Assembly: GCA_031366735.1 (NCBI GenBank)
Contig: JANLOU010000276.1
Span: 1-30,586 of the forward strand
Length of the DNA stretch: 30,586 nucleotides
Direction of reading: 5' to 3'
Source: Candidatus Eiseniibacteriota bacterium
GTDB taxonomy: Bacteria; Eisenbacteria; RBG-16-71-46
A program made the translations under genes and the position numbers. Positions within the stretch are counted from its first letter, which is position 1, and each line of letters starts with the position of its first letter. A model generated the notes under the pieces. The model was not told where the DNA came from. It ran no database searches and worked only from the letters and a program-made list of their open reading frames with translations. Positions 1-8,626 of the stretch are shown here, in pieces.

Positions 1-666
1 CGTTGCGAGCGCGTAGCGGTCGTGCACCAATGGGGTGCCGGCAATGGCGCCGGAGCCCAAGGGCATGCGGTCGGCCGCCTCGCGCGCGGCGGCAAAGCGT
101 TCTTCGTCGCGCTCGAATGCCGCCACATGCGCCAGCCACCAATGCGCGAACAGCACGGGCTGCGCCGGTTGCAGATGCGTGTACGCCGCGCCCGCGAGGT
201 CGCCCGAGAGTTGGGCCTGATGCACCAGGGCGCGTTCCAGTTCGCGCACACCCGCGATCGCCTCTTCCGCCAGGCGCATCACATGCATGCGGAACAGCGT
301 CGCGACCTGGTCGTTGCGACTCCTGCCGGTGTGCAGCCGGCGCGCGGGGTCGCCGCAGCGCTGCTCCAGCGCGGCTTCCACGGCTGAATGCACATCCTCG
401 CCGACCAGCTTGCCGACGCCCGAGACAAGGTCCGCCTCGAGTGAGTCACAGGCATTGAGCAGCGCGTCATGCTCGGCGGCGGACAGCACGCCGCATTCGG
501 CGAGCGTCGTGGACCACCCGCGCGAGAGCGTGATCTCCTCGGGCCACAGGCGCGCATCCACGGGCAGGGAGTCGTTGAGTTTCCGGGCGCGCGGATCGAG
601 GCCGGCTTTGAGCCGCCCGGCCCACACCGCACCCGCTCCGGCGTTGCCCGTCTCGTCAGCCGACAT
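1..666 (-). CDS. argH: Argininosuccinate lyase, N-terminal part (3' end beyond window start)
   Basis: Not in the ORF track; read manually from ATG at 666, overlapping the argG stop: MSADETGNAGAGAVWAGRL...EDVHSAVE...LHTGRSRNDQVAT...YTHLQPAQPV...MPLGSGAIAG. These are ArgH/fumarase-superfamily motifs. The frame is open to base 1. Confidence 0.95.
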   Translation of the reverse strand, partial: MSADETGNAGAGAVWAGRLKAGLDPRARKLNDSLPVDARLWPEEITLSRGWSTTLAECGVLSAAEHDALLNACDSLEADLVSGVGKLVGEDVHSAVEAALEQRCGDPARRLHTGRSRNDQVATLFRMHVMRLAEEAIAGVRELERALVHQAQLSGDLAGAAYTHLQPAQPVLFAHWWLAHVAAFERDEERFAAAREAADRMPLGSGAIAGTPLVHDRYALAT

Positions 667-1909
667 GCGGCACGGCCTCGCGCGGCTCGGCCGTGTGGGA
701 GGAAACCGCGGGCTGACCGCGCCGTGCTGCGGTCGCCAGCGGCAGGCCGAACAGGCGGATGAAGCCCTCGGCATGCGCGGAGTTGTAGCCCGTCATGTCG
801 AACGAAGCGAGATCCGGGCGGTACAGCGTGTACGGACTGGTGCGCGCCACGGCGGTGGCGCGGCCGCGGTACAACTCGATTGTGACTTCGCCCGTGACCA
901 CTTCCATGGCGGTGTCCACGAACGATTGCAGCGCCCGCCGTAGCGGCGAGAACCACAGGCCGTTATAGACGAGGTCGGCATAGCGGTGAGACAGTTCGAG
1001 GCGCGTGTGCAACAGGTCATGCGGCAGTGTCAGGCGGCACAGGTCCTCGATCGCCTCGTGCAGCACGGTGCCGCCTGGGGTCTCGTAGACGCCGCGCGAT
1101 TTCATGCCCACCAGACGGCTCTCCACGAGGTCGGCGCGGCCCACGCCATGGCGCCCCGCGACCTGGTTCAGCGCTTCAATGAGTTCCACTGGGCCCAGTG
1201 CCGTTCCGTTCATGCTCACGGGCCGCCCGCCCTCGAAGCCCACGGTGATGCGCTCGGGCCATGCGGGGTGTTGCTCGGGCGCAGCGGTGAGCTTGAACAT
1301 GGGCTCAGGCGCCGAGTTCGCCGGATCCTCGAGCGGACCTCCTTCATGCGACAAATGCCACAGGTTCGCATCGCGCGAGTACAGGTCGCCCACCTTCTGC
1401 GCCACCGGGATGTGGTGCTTCTCGGCGTACGCCAGCGCGTCCTCGCGGGAGCTGATCTCCCACTCGCGCCAGGGCGCGATCACCACGAGTTGCGGCGCCA
1501 AGGCCATGTAGGTGAGCTCGAAGCGCACCTGATCGTTGCCCTTGCCGGTGCAGCCGTGCGCCAGCGCGTCGGCCCCGACGCGTTCGGCGCACCACACCTG
1601 GCGCGAGGCGATCAGCGGGCGCGCGAGCGCCGTGCCCAACAAGTAGCGGCCTTCATAGACCGCACCTGCGCGAAGCGCCGGGAACGCGAAGTCGCGCAGG
1701 AATGGCACCCGCAGGTCCTCCACGATCACATCGCTCGCGCCGATCTTGCGCGCCTTGGCCTCGAGCCCATCCAACTCCATCCCGCCCTGACCCACATCGG
1801 AGCAGTAGCAGATGACCTCGCACCCATAGTGCTCCTTGAGCCAGGGCACGATGATGCTGGTGTCGAGTCCGCCGGAGTACGCGAGGACTGCCTTCTTGAT
1901 CGGCTTCAC
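656..1909 (-). CDS. argG: Argininosuccinate synthase
   Basis: AVLAYSGGLDTS PP-loop, AHGCTGKGNDQVRFE, YSRDANLWH, GMKSRGVYETPGG; operon context. Confidence 0.98.
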   Translation of the reverse strand: MKPIKKAVLAYSGGLDTSIIVPWLKEHYGCEVICYCSDVGQGGMELDGLEAKARKIGASDVIVEDLRVPFLRDFAFPALRAGAVYEGRYLLGTALARPLIASRQVWCAERVGADALAHGCTGKGNDQVRFELTYMALAPQLVVIAPWREWEISSREDALAYAEKHHIPVAQKVGDLYSRDANLWHLSHEGGPLEDPANSAPEPMFKLTAAPEQHPAWPERITVGFEGGRPVSMNGTALGPVELIEALNQVAGRHGVGRADLVESRLVGMKSRGVYETPGGTVLHEAIEDLCRLTLPHDLLHTRLELSHRYADLVYNGLWFSPLRRALQSFVDTAMEVVTGEVTIELYRGRATAVARTSPYTLYRPDLASFDMTGYNSAHAEGFIRLFGLPLATAARRGQPAVSSHTAEPREAVPHVG

Positions 1910-3165
1910 AGCGAACCTCCCGTCCTGCTCGTCAACAGGCTCAGCGCGGCGTCAAGCTTGGCCAGCGCTTCGTCGATCTCGGCGTCGGTCACATTCAATG
2001 GCGGCAGCAGGCGCAGGGCGCGTTCTCCGCCGCGGATCAACAGCAGGCCCTGCTCGCGCGCAGCGCTCACCAGCGCCGGGGCATCGAAGCCCGCGTCGGC
2101 GGCCAACTCGATCGCACGCAACAACCCGAGCCCCCGCGTTTCGCGGACCGTGGCGTGTTTCGCGGTCAGCGCGTCGAGCCCCGCGGCCAAGCGCTCGGCG
2201 GAACTGCGCACCTGGTCGAGGAACCCGTTGGCGAGCACGCCCTGCAATGCCCACAGACCGGCTGCGGCGCTCACGGGATTGCCTCCGAATGTGCAGCCAT
2301 GCATGCCGGGCGCCAAGGTGGCTGCAATCGCAGGTGTGGTCAGCACGGCGGCAATGGGCAGGCCGACGCCGAGCGCCTTGCTCATCACCGTGATGTCGCC
2401 TATCACGCCGTGGTGCTGTTGCGCCAGCAGTCGCCCCGTGCGACCCATGCCGGTCTGGACTTCGTCGTAGATGAGCGTGGCCCCGACTTCCGTGGTGCGC
2501 GCGCGCAGCGCCTGCATGAACGCGGTCGTCGCAGGCACGCCGCCACTCTCGCCCTGGACGGGCTCGACCACCACGGCGCAGACCCCCGAATCCAGCACGG
2601 CGTCGAGCGCGGCCACATCGTTGAAAGGCGCAAAGCGCACGCCGGGGATGAGCGGCAGGAACGGCTCGCGGTAGGACGGCGTGTAGGTGGCCGACAACGC
2701 GAATCCGGTCCGCCCGTGGAAGCCGCCTTGGAACGCGAGGATGTCGCGACCGGGGCGGCCGAGCTGGAAGGCGTGGGCGCGCGCGAACTTGATCGCCGAG
2801 TCGATGCTCTCGGTGCCCGAGTTGCAGAAGAACACATGCGAGTAGCCGGTATGTTGTGTCAGGAGTTTCGCCAGTTCGATCGCCGGACGGTTGGCATAGA
2901 GGTTCGAGATGTGGCCCAGCTCGGCCAGTTGCTGGGAGATCGCCTCGGCCAACCCCTTGGGCGTGTGGCCGAACGCGTTGACCGCGATCCCGCTGACGAA
3001 GTCCAGGTACTCGCGGCCTGCCGCGTCACGCACGCGGGCGCCGTGTCCGGACACCAGCTCGAGTCGGGGCAGGGGATAAATGGGGGCGAGCAGGCCCGGC
3101 TCCTCGCCGGCGAAGCCGACGGGAAGCGCCGGGACTTGCGGCGTGAGCGTGTCAGCGCTGGCCAT
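1906..3165 (-). CDS. argD: Acetylornithine aminotransferase (class III PLP enzyme)
   Basis: YLDFVSGIAVN, FFCNSGTESI, GGFHGRT, VEPVQGESG, DEVQTGMGRTG, SKALGVG (PLP Lys). Start set at ATG 3165 (MASADT), not the track's 3318, which lies inside argB. Confidence 0.95.
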   Translation of the reverse strand: MASADTLTPQVPALPVGFAGEEPGLLAPIYPLPRLELVSGHGARVRDAAGREYLDFVSGIAVNAFGHTPKGLAEAISQQLAELGHISNLYANRPAIELAKLLTQHTGYSHVFFCNSGTESIDSAIKFARAHAFQLGRPGRDILAFQGGFHGRTGFALSATYTPSYREPFLPLIPGVRFAPFNDVAALDAVLDSGVCAVVVEPVQGESGGVPATTAFMQALRARTTEVGATLIYDEVQTGMGRTGRLLAQQHHGVIGDITVMSKALGVGLPIAAVLTTPAIAATLAPGMHGCTFGGNPVSAAAGLWALQGVLANGFLDQVRSSAERLAAGLDALTAKHATVRETRGLGLLRAIELAADAGFDAPALVSAAREQGLLLIRGGERALRLLPPLNVTDAEIDEALAKLDAALSLLTSRTGGSL

Positions 3166-4003
3166 GGAATGTCTCCGAGGTCGGGGTGAGCGTGGGGACC
3201 GTCGCCATCGGGGCGCTGGGATCCGCAGACACCGTGGTGCCGTGGCCGTTCCCGCGCAGCAGCCACCGCAGCGTGTCGTCATGCGTCCAAGCGGCGATGT
3301 GCACGCGCGCGACCCCACCCGCGAGCGCAGCCTGGGCTGCGCGGAGCTTGGGAATCATGCCGCCTTCCACTTCAGGGTGCGTGAGGGTTGTGTCCAGTTC
3401 GTGCGCCGAGAGTCGTTCGACCACAGCGCCCGCGAGGATCAGCCCGGGTGCGTCGCTCAGCAGCACAAGGTCGCTCGCGCCGAGTGCGGCGGCCAGCGCC
3501 GCGGCGGCATCGTCAGCGTTCACATTCAGCAATCGGCCCGCCGCATCGCAGGCCAGGCTGGCAACAACAGGGGTGCGGCCTGTGTCGAGCAATTGCTGGA
3601 GCAACGCCGCGTCGGCGCCGATCACTTCGCCCACTTCCCCCAGCAGATCCGCCTGCGCATGGCGCTGCACCCGGAGCATGCCACCGTCGAGCGCGGCCAA
3701 CCCCACGGCGTCGAGGCCATGGGTGCGAAGCCCTGCGACCAGGCGTTTGTTGGCGAGGCCCGCGAGCACGGCCGCAGCCACTTCGAGCGTGTCCGGATCA
3801 GTCACGCGCAGGCCCTCGTGGAATCGGGGCGCGATGCCAAGGCGTTCGCACCAGCGTGTCACCTCGGCGCCACCCCCGTGCAGCACGAGCGTTGGACGGT
3901 CCAGGCGTGCCAGCGCCGCGGCGAAACCCGCAAGCGCTCCCGGAGCTTCGAGGGCACGACCACCGAGCTTGACGACGACCGCGGGAGGTCCGGCGTGCTT
4001 CAC
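3152..4003 (-). CDS. argB: Acetylglutamate kinase
   Basis: VVKLGG, LVLHGGG, GLRVTD, LNVNADDAA, GGMIPKL motifs. GTG start at 4003 overlaps the argC TGA (GTGA coupling). Confidence 0.95.
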   Translation of the reverse strand: MKHAGPPAVVVKLGGRALEAPGALAGFAAALARLDRPTLVLHGGGAEVTRWCERLGIAPRFHEGLRVTDPDTLEVAAAVLAGLANKRLVAGLRTHGLDAVGLAALDGGMLRVQRHAQADLLGEVGEVIGADAALLQQLLDTGRTPVVASLACDAAGRLLNVNADDAAAALAAALGASDLVLLSDAPGLILAGAVVERLSAHELDTTLTHPEVEGGMIPKLRAAQAALAGGVARVHIAAWTHDDTLRWLLRGNGHGTTVSADPSAPMATVPTLTPTSETFHGQR

Positions 4004-5064
4004 CAAGGGCTCCCGTGCACGGGCAGGCCCCAGTGCTCTGGCCACCCCAGCATGAGGTTGAGGTTCTGCAGCGCTTGGCCAGCGGCGCCCTTGACCAGAT
4101 TGTCGATCGCCGCGGTCGCGACCAGTGTGCGGCCGCCGTGCACCACGCTCACCGCGACATCGCAGCGGTTGGAGCCCTTCACCGCGCGAGTCTCGGGCCA
4201 CGCGTCGGCTTCGAGCACGCGCACGCAGGTCTCGGCAGCGTAACGGTCGGCGTAGGCCGCGGTCACCGTTGCGAGGTCGAGCGGTTGCGCCAGCGGCGCG
4301 ACTGCCGTCAGCAGGATGCCGCGAGCCATGGGCGCCAATTGGGGCGCGAAGGCGACGGCGACATCGTGACCGGCGAGTCGCCCCATGTTGCGGGCCATCT
4401 CGGGCACATGCGGGTGATCCTCGCCCACTTTATAGAACGCAGCGCCGCCATCCAGTTCGACGAACGAGGTCCGAAGCGCCGGCTTACGGCCCGCGCCCGA
4501 GACCCCCGAGAGCGCCGTGACGGTGACGGGTCCACCGAGCCAGCGCTGCTCCAGTGCCGGCAGCAATGCGAGAGTGGCCGCGGTGGGATAGCAGCCAGGG
4601 TTCGCGACGCGAGTCGCGCCAGCCAACTGGGCGCGGAACGCTTCCGGCAGGCCGTAGACATATCCTGCTTCGCCCGCGCGGTGATCATTGGAGAAGTCGA
4701 CAATGAACTCGGTGTTGTCGGCAACGCTGGGGTGTTCCGCCGAGAACGCGCGCCATGCGCCGTGCGGCAGGCAGACGATGAGCGTGTCGAACACGCCCTC
4801 GGCCAGCAGCGCGGGCAGCGCCTCGGGCGCGACAGGGTCCGGCAGCTTGGCCTGCCTTGCATCGAGTCCGGGCATGACTTCGCCCGCCGGGCGGCCAGCG
4901 TGCTCACGCGACACCAGCACGCTCACTTCGAGCCCGGGGTGGCCGAGCGCGAGGCGCACGAACTCCTGCCCGGAATAACCGCTGGCGCCGAGCACCGCGA
5001 TTCGCGCCGAGCGCCCTGAAGCCCGTGAGGTCGGCGTCTGTGCGGGTGCAATCGATGTGGTCAT
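4000..5064 (-). CDS. argC: N-acetyl-gamma-glutamyl-phosphate reductase
   Basis: IAVLGASGYSG Rossmann motif, ANPGCYPTA catalytic Cys, SGVSGAGR, IDNLVKGAAGQALQNLN. ATG 5064 overlaps the argR stop (ATGA). Confidence 0.97.
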   Translation of the reverse strand: MTTSIAPAQTPTSRASGRSARIAVLGASGYSGQEFVRLALGHPGLEVSVLVSREHAGRPAGEVMPGLDARQAKLPDPVAPEALPALLAEGVFDTLIVCLPHGAWRAFSAEHPSVADNTEFIVDFSNDHRAGEAGYVYGLPEAFRAQLAGATRVANPGCYPTAATLALLPALEQRWLGGPVTVTALSGVSGAGRKPALRTSFVELDGGAAFYKVGEDHPHVPEMARNMGRLAGHDVAVAFAPQLAPMARGILLTAVAPLAQPLDLATVTAAYADRYAAETCVRVLEADAWPETRAVKGSNRCDVAVSVVHGGRTLVATAAIDNLVKGAAGQALQNLNLMLGWPEHWGLPVHGSPW

Positions 5065-5534
5065 CTGCCCACTCCTGTCTTGCCGGCCAGGCCATCCAGA
5101 CGCTTCTTGAACTTCTTGGCGAACGAAATATCCTGAAGGATGCACAACACGGTGTCGTCGCCGGCCACGGTGCCCATCAGGCCATCGAATCCCGTCAGGT
5201 CGATTGCCCGCGCAACCGCGCTGGCGTGGCCCGGAGGGGTCTTCACCACCGCCAGGTTCTGGGCAAGGCGGGTTTCGTTGACGAACACTTTCAGGTCCAG
5301 CAACTGCCGCTCGCGGTCCAGCGCTTCGGTGGCGGGCCCCGGCAGTTCGTACCAACTGGTGCCGTCACCGCCCGCGCGTTTGGCCACCCCCATGCTGCGA
5401 AGATCGCGCGAGAGCGTGGCCTGCGTGACCTCGACGCCGGTGCGCGTCAGCGCGACGGCCAGCTCCTCCTGATTGGAGAAGCGGCGTCCGCTGAGCATCT
5501 GCGCGATGACGGTGAGCCGGCGACTGCGCGACAT
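5061..5534 (-). CDS. argR: Arginine repressor
   Basis: NQEEL...VTQATLSRDL winged helix, VVKTPPG, GTVAGDDTV arginine-binding motif; first gene of the arg operon. Confidence 0.97.
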   Translation of the reverse strand: MSRSRRLTVIAQMLSGRRFSNQEELAVALTRTGVEVTQATLSRDLRSMGVAKRAGGDGTSWYELPGPATEALDRERQLLDLKVFVNETRLAQNLAVVKTPPGHASAVARAIDLTGFDGLMGTVAGDDTVLCILQDISFAKKFKKRLDGLAGKTGVGR

Positions 5535-5551
5535 GGGGGCTCCGGAGTGGG

Positions 5552-5587
5552 TGCATAATCATGCGTGAGTGTGCATAAAATCATTCG
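5552..5587. promoter_or_regulatory. ARG box(es): one good palindrome plus a degenerate second box
   Basis: TGCATAATCATGCG (5552-5565) fits TGMAT-N4-ATKCA. TGCATAAAATCATTCG (5572-5587) is a degenerate neighbour. Both lie 18-53 bp upstream of the argR start. Confidence 0.75.
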
Positions 5588-5597
5588 TCCGCTTCGG

Positions 5598-5627
5598 ATG
5601 CAAGCATTAATTCTCAGTTGCTTGCAT
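5598..5627. repeat. Perfect 9-bp inverted repeat ATGCAAGCA-N12-TGCTTGCAT in the arg promoter region
   Basis: Read directly. It overlaps a possible minus-strand -35 (TTGCAT) that has a 17-bp spacer to a weak -10 (TTTTAT). Confidence 0.6.
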
Positions 5628-5653
5628 TTTTTCCCATGACTGCGCTCCCCATG

Positions 5654-5688
5654 CCGAACGGCGCCCCCCTCGCGGGAAGCGCCGTCGG
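5654..5688 (-). terminator. GC-rich hairpin after the 5721-8402 gene (probable terminator or stabiliser, no U-tract)
   Basis: Minus strand CCG-ACGGCGC-TTCCC-GCGA-GGGGG-GCGCCGT-T-CGG. The GNRA loop and G.U pairs work only on the minus strand. Confidence 0.55.
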
Positions 5689-5720
5689 TGGAACTCGTTG
5701 GGTGCTGGACGGTTACTGAC

Positions 5721-8402
5721 TTACTTCATGAACACCATACGCTGGGTCCTCGACTGGCCGTTGCTCTCGAGCCGGTAGAAGTAGGCGCCCGACTTCACGC
5801 GTTGGCCGCGGGAATCCGTGCCATCCCACACCACACTGTGTTGCCCTGCGGTCAGCTCGCCGTCCACCAACTGACGCACGCGCGCGCCCGACAGATCGTA
5901 GATCGCGAGCCGCACGCGACCCGTGGTGGGCAGCGAGAAGGCCAGGCGAGCCTGTCCCGACGCTGGGTTCGGCACGCTCGGAGCCAGCGCGAATCCCGTG
6001 AGCTGCGCGCCGACACCGAGTTGCCCGCCCTGCACGGTGATGACGAAGCAGTCCTGCTTCACCACCGCCCCGGTCGAGTTGCTGAAGGTGAGGCACACCG
6101 TGTTGAAGCCCGAGGCCGCAGTGTCCGGCACAGCCACATTGCGGCTCTGGAAGAAGCTCTGCTCCGCGGCCAGTGTGACGGGCGTGGGAATGCCCGTCAG
6201 CCAACCCCGTGTGTCGCTGTACGCCACGGAGTAGAGCCCCGTGAAGAGCTCGTTGTCGTTCCGCAGCGTCCAGCCGAAGTCGGCATTGGTATTCGCCACC
6301 ATGGTGGTGTCGTTGGGGCCGGTCGTGATCCGGCTGGTCGTGGTCATGGCCGCCGACCAGGTATCGATATTCGCGGCTCGGCCGTCGGACCAGACCGCAT
6401 GCATGCGCGAGGCGCTCGCAGAGGAATGGTTGTAGTCCCCATGGTTGGGCGCGATGTTGCTGGCGGAGGTGGTGAAGTTGCTCTGCGCTGTGCTCAGCTT
6501 GGTGCTGGGCTGCCACGCACCGCCGAAAGCGCCCGCGCGCGCGGTGTAGATCCACGCCCGAGAACCGTACAGATCGTCGCGATGGTCGTACCAGTGCAGG
6601 TAGGGGATCCCGTCGCCGCCGAACATCACCTCGGGCAGGAAGTTATCGAAGCCGACGGCGTCATCGTTCACGCGCACGGGTGTGCTGAACGAGGTGCCGT
6701 TGTCCGAGTAGGAAACGCAGACATCGCGCTGGTCACGGCCGAGGTCGCCCGCAGACGACGCCGCCATGGTGCGGATGCGATAGCCAACGGAACGGTTGCT
6801 GACCTGCGCTAGGCGCATGAAGTAGGTGCCCGCCACCGGTGCGGTGAACACGAATCGCGCGCTGGTGGCGCCGCTGGTGCTATCCGGGCGACCCGTGTAG
6901 ACGAGTCGCTGGGTTTGATCGGGCGAGGGTGCGAACAGGCGCAGGGTCCAGGCGCGGCTCGCGGTGAGCGAGTCGAGGTAGACATACATGTTCTGGCCGG
7001 CCGTGAGGGACACCGACCAATAGTCCGTGTCCAGCACATTGCTGGCCTTGGCGAGTGTTCCACGAACTACCGAGCCCAGAGTGAAGGGCGTTGCAGTCCC
7101 GGTGGTGCCGTTGCTCTCGACTTCGCTCTTCGAGATGGCGGCCGTCGGCGTGGGGAAGAAGTCGTCCCAGAAGTTGTAGCTCTGATGCCACGCCAGATAG
7201 ACGCGACCTCGCGTGCTGCTGGTGGTGCGGTCCACGGCGAGACTCGGAAAGGTGGAGGCGCGTTCGCGGTTGAACGCTGGAGCACCGGCAAAGTTGTTCG
7301 CGATCGTCTTCACGGCCGTCACCTCGGGACCGAAGCTCAGGCCGAAGTTCGTGCTCTTGCGGTAGCGGAAATTATCCGGGTCGGTCACCTGGTCGACCGC
7401 GAACCAGGTCACATGCACTTCACCCGCCGGACCGATCGCCACGCGCGAACCCTGCACGAAACCGTCGTCCAGTGTGGAGGAGAGTTTCGCCGCAGCACTC
7501 CAGGTGCGACCACCATTGGTGGAGCGGTAGTAGTCCACCAGATCGATCGTGTTGAAGGTGGTGTTGGTGACATACAGATTGCCGGAGAGCGAGTCCACGG
7601 CGATCCACTGCTTGTCGAGGAACTCCGAGGCGCTCACCGCCGTGCGCACCACGAAGACGCTGTCGAATGCGAACACGCCGGCCGTGAAGCGACCGCGCGC
7701 CACGCCGATGCCGTTGTTCGTGCCACTGTTGAAATCGAACAGCCCGCAGTACCAGAACTCGCCCGTCTTCTCGTTGACCGTGAGCACCGGGTCGCTGGTC
7801 CATTTGAATGCGGGATAGGTCACGGCCGAGGGGTGTGGCACATCGCCGCCGTCGGTGAACGACGCTCCACCGTTCGCGGACCAAGCGAAGCCCTGCGTGT
7901 CGCCATTGGTGACGAAGCCGTCACCGTCATTCCATGCGACCACCACCTGATCGCCGAGCGCCGCGATGGTGCTCTCGGACTGGCCCGAGTTTCCCCCGGT
8001 GTCGCTGGCGGGATTGTTCGCGCGAGCATTCGCCGGCGTCGCCGCAGTCGAGGAGGCCGACATGGGGTTGGCCAAGCCGGTCCAGGTGCGCGCTTCGTTC
8101 GAGGCCGCGTCGGCTTCCTCGAAGCCTTTCTTCACGGTGACGCCCGCTTTGGCGTGCTTGGACTTGGCCAGTTTGGCCGCTGCGCGCGCCTTGTTCAGGT
8201 GGCGCATCGGGCCGGCCCACAGCAGCGCTTTCTTGGTTGGAACCTTCGCTGCGCGCTGAACGCTCGCGTCGTCCGCCGTGGTGCGCTGTTGGTCCTCGAG
8301 GTTCTGGGTCCTGCCCATGCTCGGGGTCGTGAGCAGGGCCAATGCGGTCAGGAGCCCCGCCGCGAGCAGTCGCGGAGAAGGGGCGCTGGGGTAGCGATGC
8401 AT
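5721..8402 (-). CDS. Secreted BNR/Asp-box beta-propeller protein (sialidase-like fold) with inserted PPC-like domain and C-terminal FlgD-Ig/Por-tail-like domain
   Basis: ATG 8402 with GGAGG RBS; signal peptide; Asp-boxes (WSANGGASF, RSTNGGRTW, KSTNFGLSF, YSDNGTSF); EVESNGT...DTDYWSVSLTAGQ PPC-like insert; C-terminal VPNPASG...IYDLSGARVRQL...VWDGTDSRGQRVKSGAYFYRL. No catalytic function can be assigned. Confidence 0.85.
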   Translation of the reverse strand: MHRYPSAPSPRLLAAGLLTALALLTTPSMGRTQNLEDQQRTTADDASVQRAAKVPTKKALLWAGPMRHLNKARAAAKLAKSKHAKAGVTVKKGFEEADAASNEARTWTGLANPMSASSTAATPANARANNPASDTGGNSGQSESTIAALGDQVVVAWNDGDGFVTNGDTQGFAWSANGGASFTDGGDVPHPSAVTYPAFKWTSDPVLTVNEKTGEFWYCGLFDFNSGTNNGIGVARGRFTAGVFAFDSVFVVRTAVSASEFLDKQWIAVDSLSGNLYVTNTTFNTIDLVDYYRSTNGGRTWSAAAKLSSTLDDGFVQGSRVAIGPAGEVHVTWFAVDQVTDPDNFRYRKSTNFGLSFGPEVTAVKTIANNFAGAPAFNRERASTFPSLAVDRTTSSTRGRVYLAWHQSYNFWDDFFPTPTAAISKSEVESNGTTGTATPFTLGSVVRGTLAKASNVLDTDYWSVSLTAGQNMYVYLDSLTASRAWTLRLFAPSPDQTQRLVYTGRPDSTSGATSARFVFTAPVAGTYFMRLAQVSNRSVGYRIRTMAASSAGDLGRDQRDVCVSYSDNGTSFSTPVRVNDDAVGFDNFLPEVMFGGDGIPYLHWYDHRDDLYGSRAWIYTARAGAFGGAWQPSTKLSTAQSNFTTSASNIAPNHGDYNHSSASASRMHAVWSDGRAANIDTWSAAMTTTSRITTGPNDTTMVANTNADFGWTLRNDNELFTGLYSVAYSDTRGWLTGIPTPVTLAAEQSFFQSRNVAVPDTAASGFNTVCLTFSNSTGAVVKQDCFVITVQGGQLGVGAQLTGFALAPSVPNPASGQARLAFSLPTTGRVRLAIYDLSGARVRQLVDGELTAGQHSVVWDGTDSRGQRVKSGAYFYRLESNGQSRTQRMVFMK

Positions 8403-8454
8403 GCAATGACCTCCGGAGAGTTGTCGGGTTGAGCGGGATCCGATGCTATTGGGA

Positions 8455-8470
8455 TGCAAGGGGGACGCCA
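8455..8470 (-). promoter_or_regulatory. Putative sigma-54 (-24/-12) promoter
   Basis: Minus strand TGGCGTCCCCCTTGCA matches TGGCAC-N5-TTGCW with exact GG/GC spacing, 53 bp upstream of ATG 8402. Confidence 0.55.
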
Positions 8471-8626
8471 GCGACTCGGTGCAAGCGTACCATTAGAAGT
8501 GTCGGCCACTTGCGGGAAAGCTTGCCCGCAATACTGGCCCGGGACACCGGGTGGGCGGAGTCGGGTCATCTCGCCCGGACGACCCGCAAGCATGGGAAGA
8601 AACCCGCTGGAATGCCGGGCAACGGG

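Noticed and set aside
1906-5355. Track's long N-terminal extensions of argD (3318), argB (4201) and argC (5355); likewise 8459, 14708, 15153, 28470 and 29142
   Set aside because: They overlap upstream genes or lack an RBS. Downstream starts have RBS or stop-start coupling and give clean signal peptides or family N-termini.
5607-5632. Hairpin plus T-run as a plus-strand terminator
   Set aside because: No plus-strand gene leads into it and the 12-nt loop is AT-rich; more plausibly a protein-binding inverted repeat.
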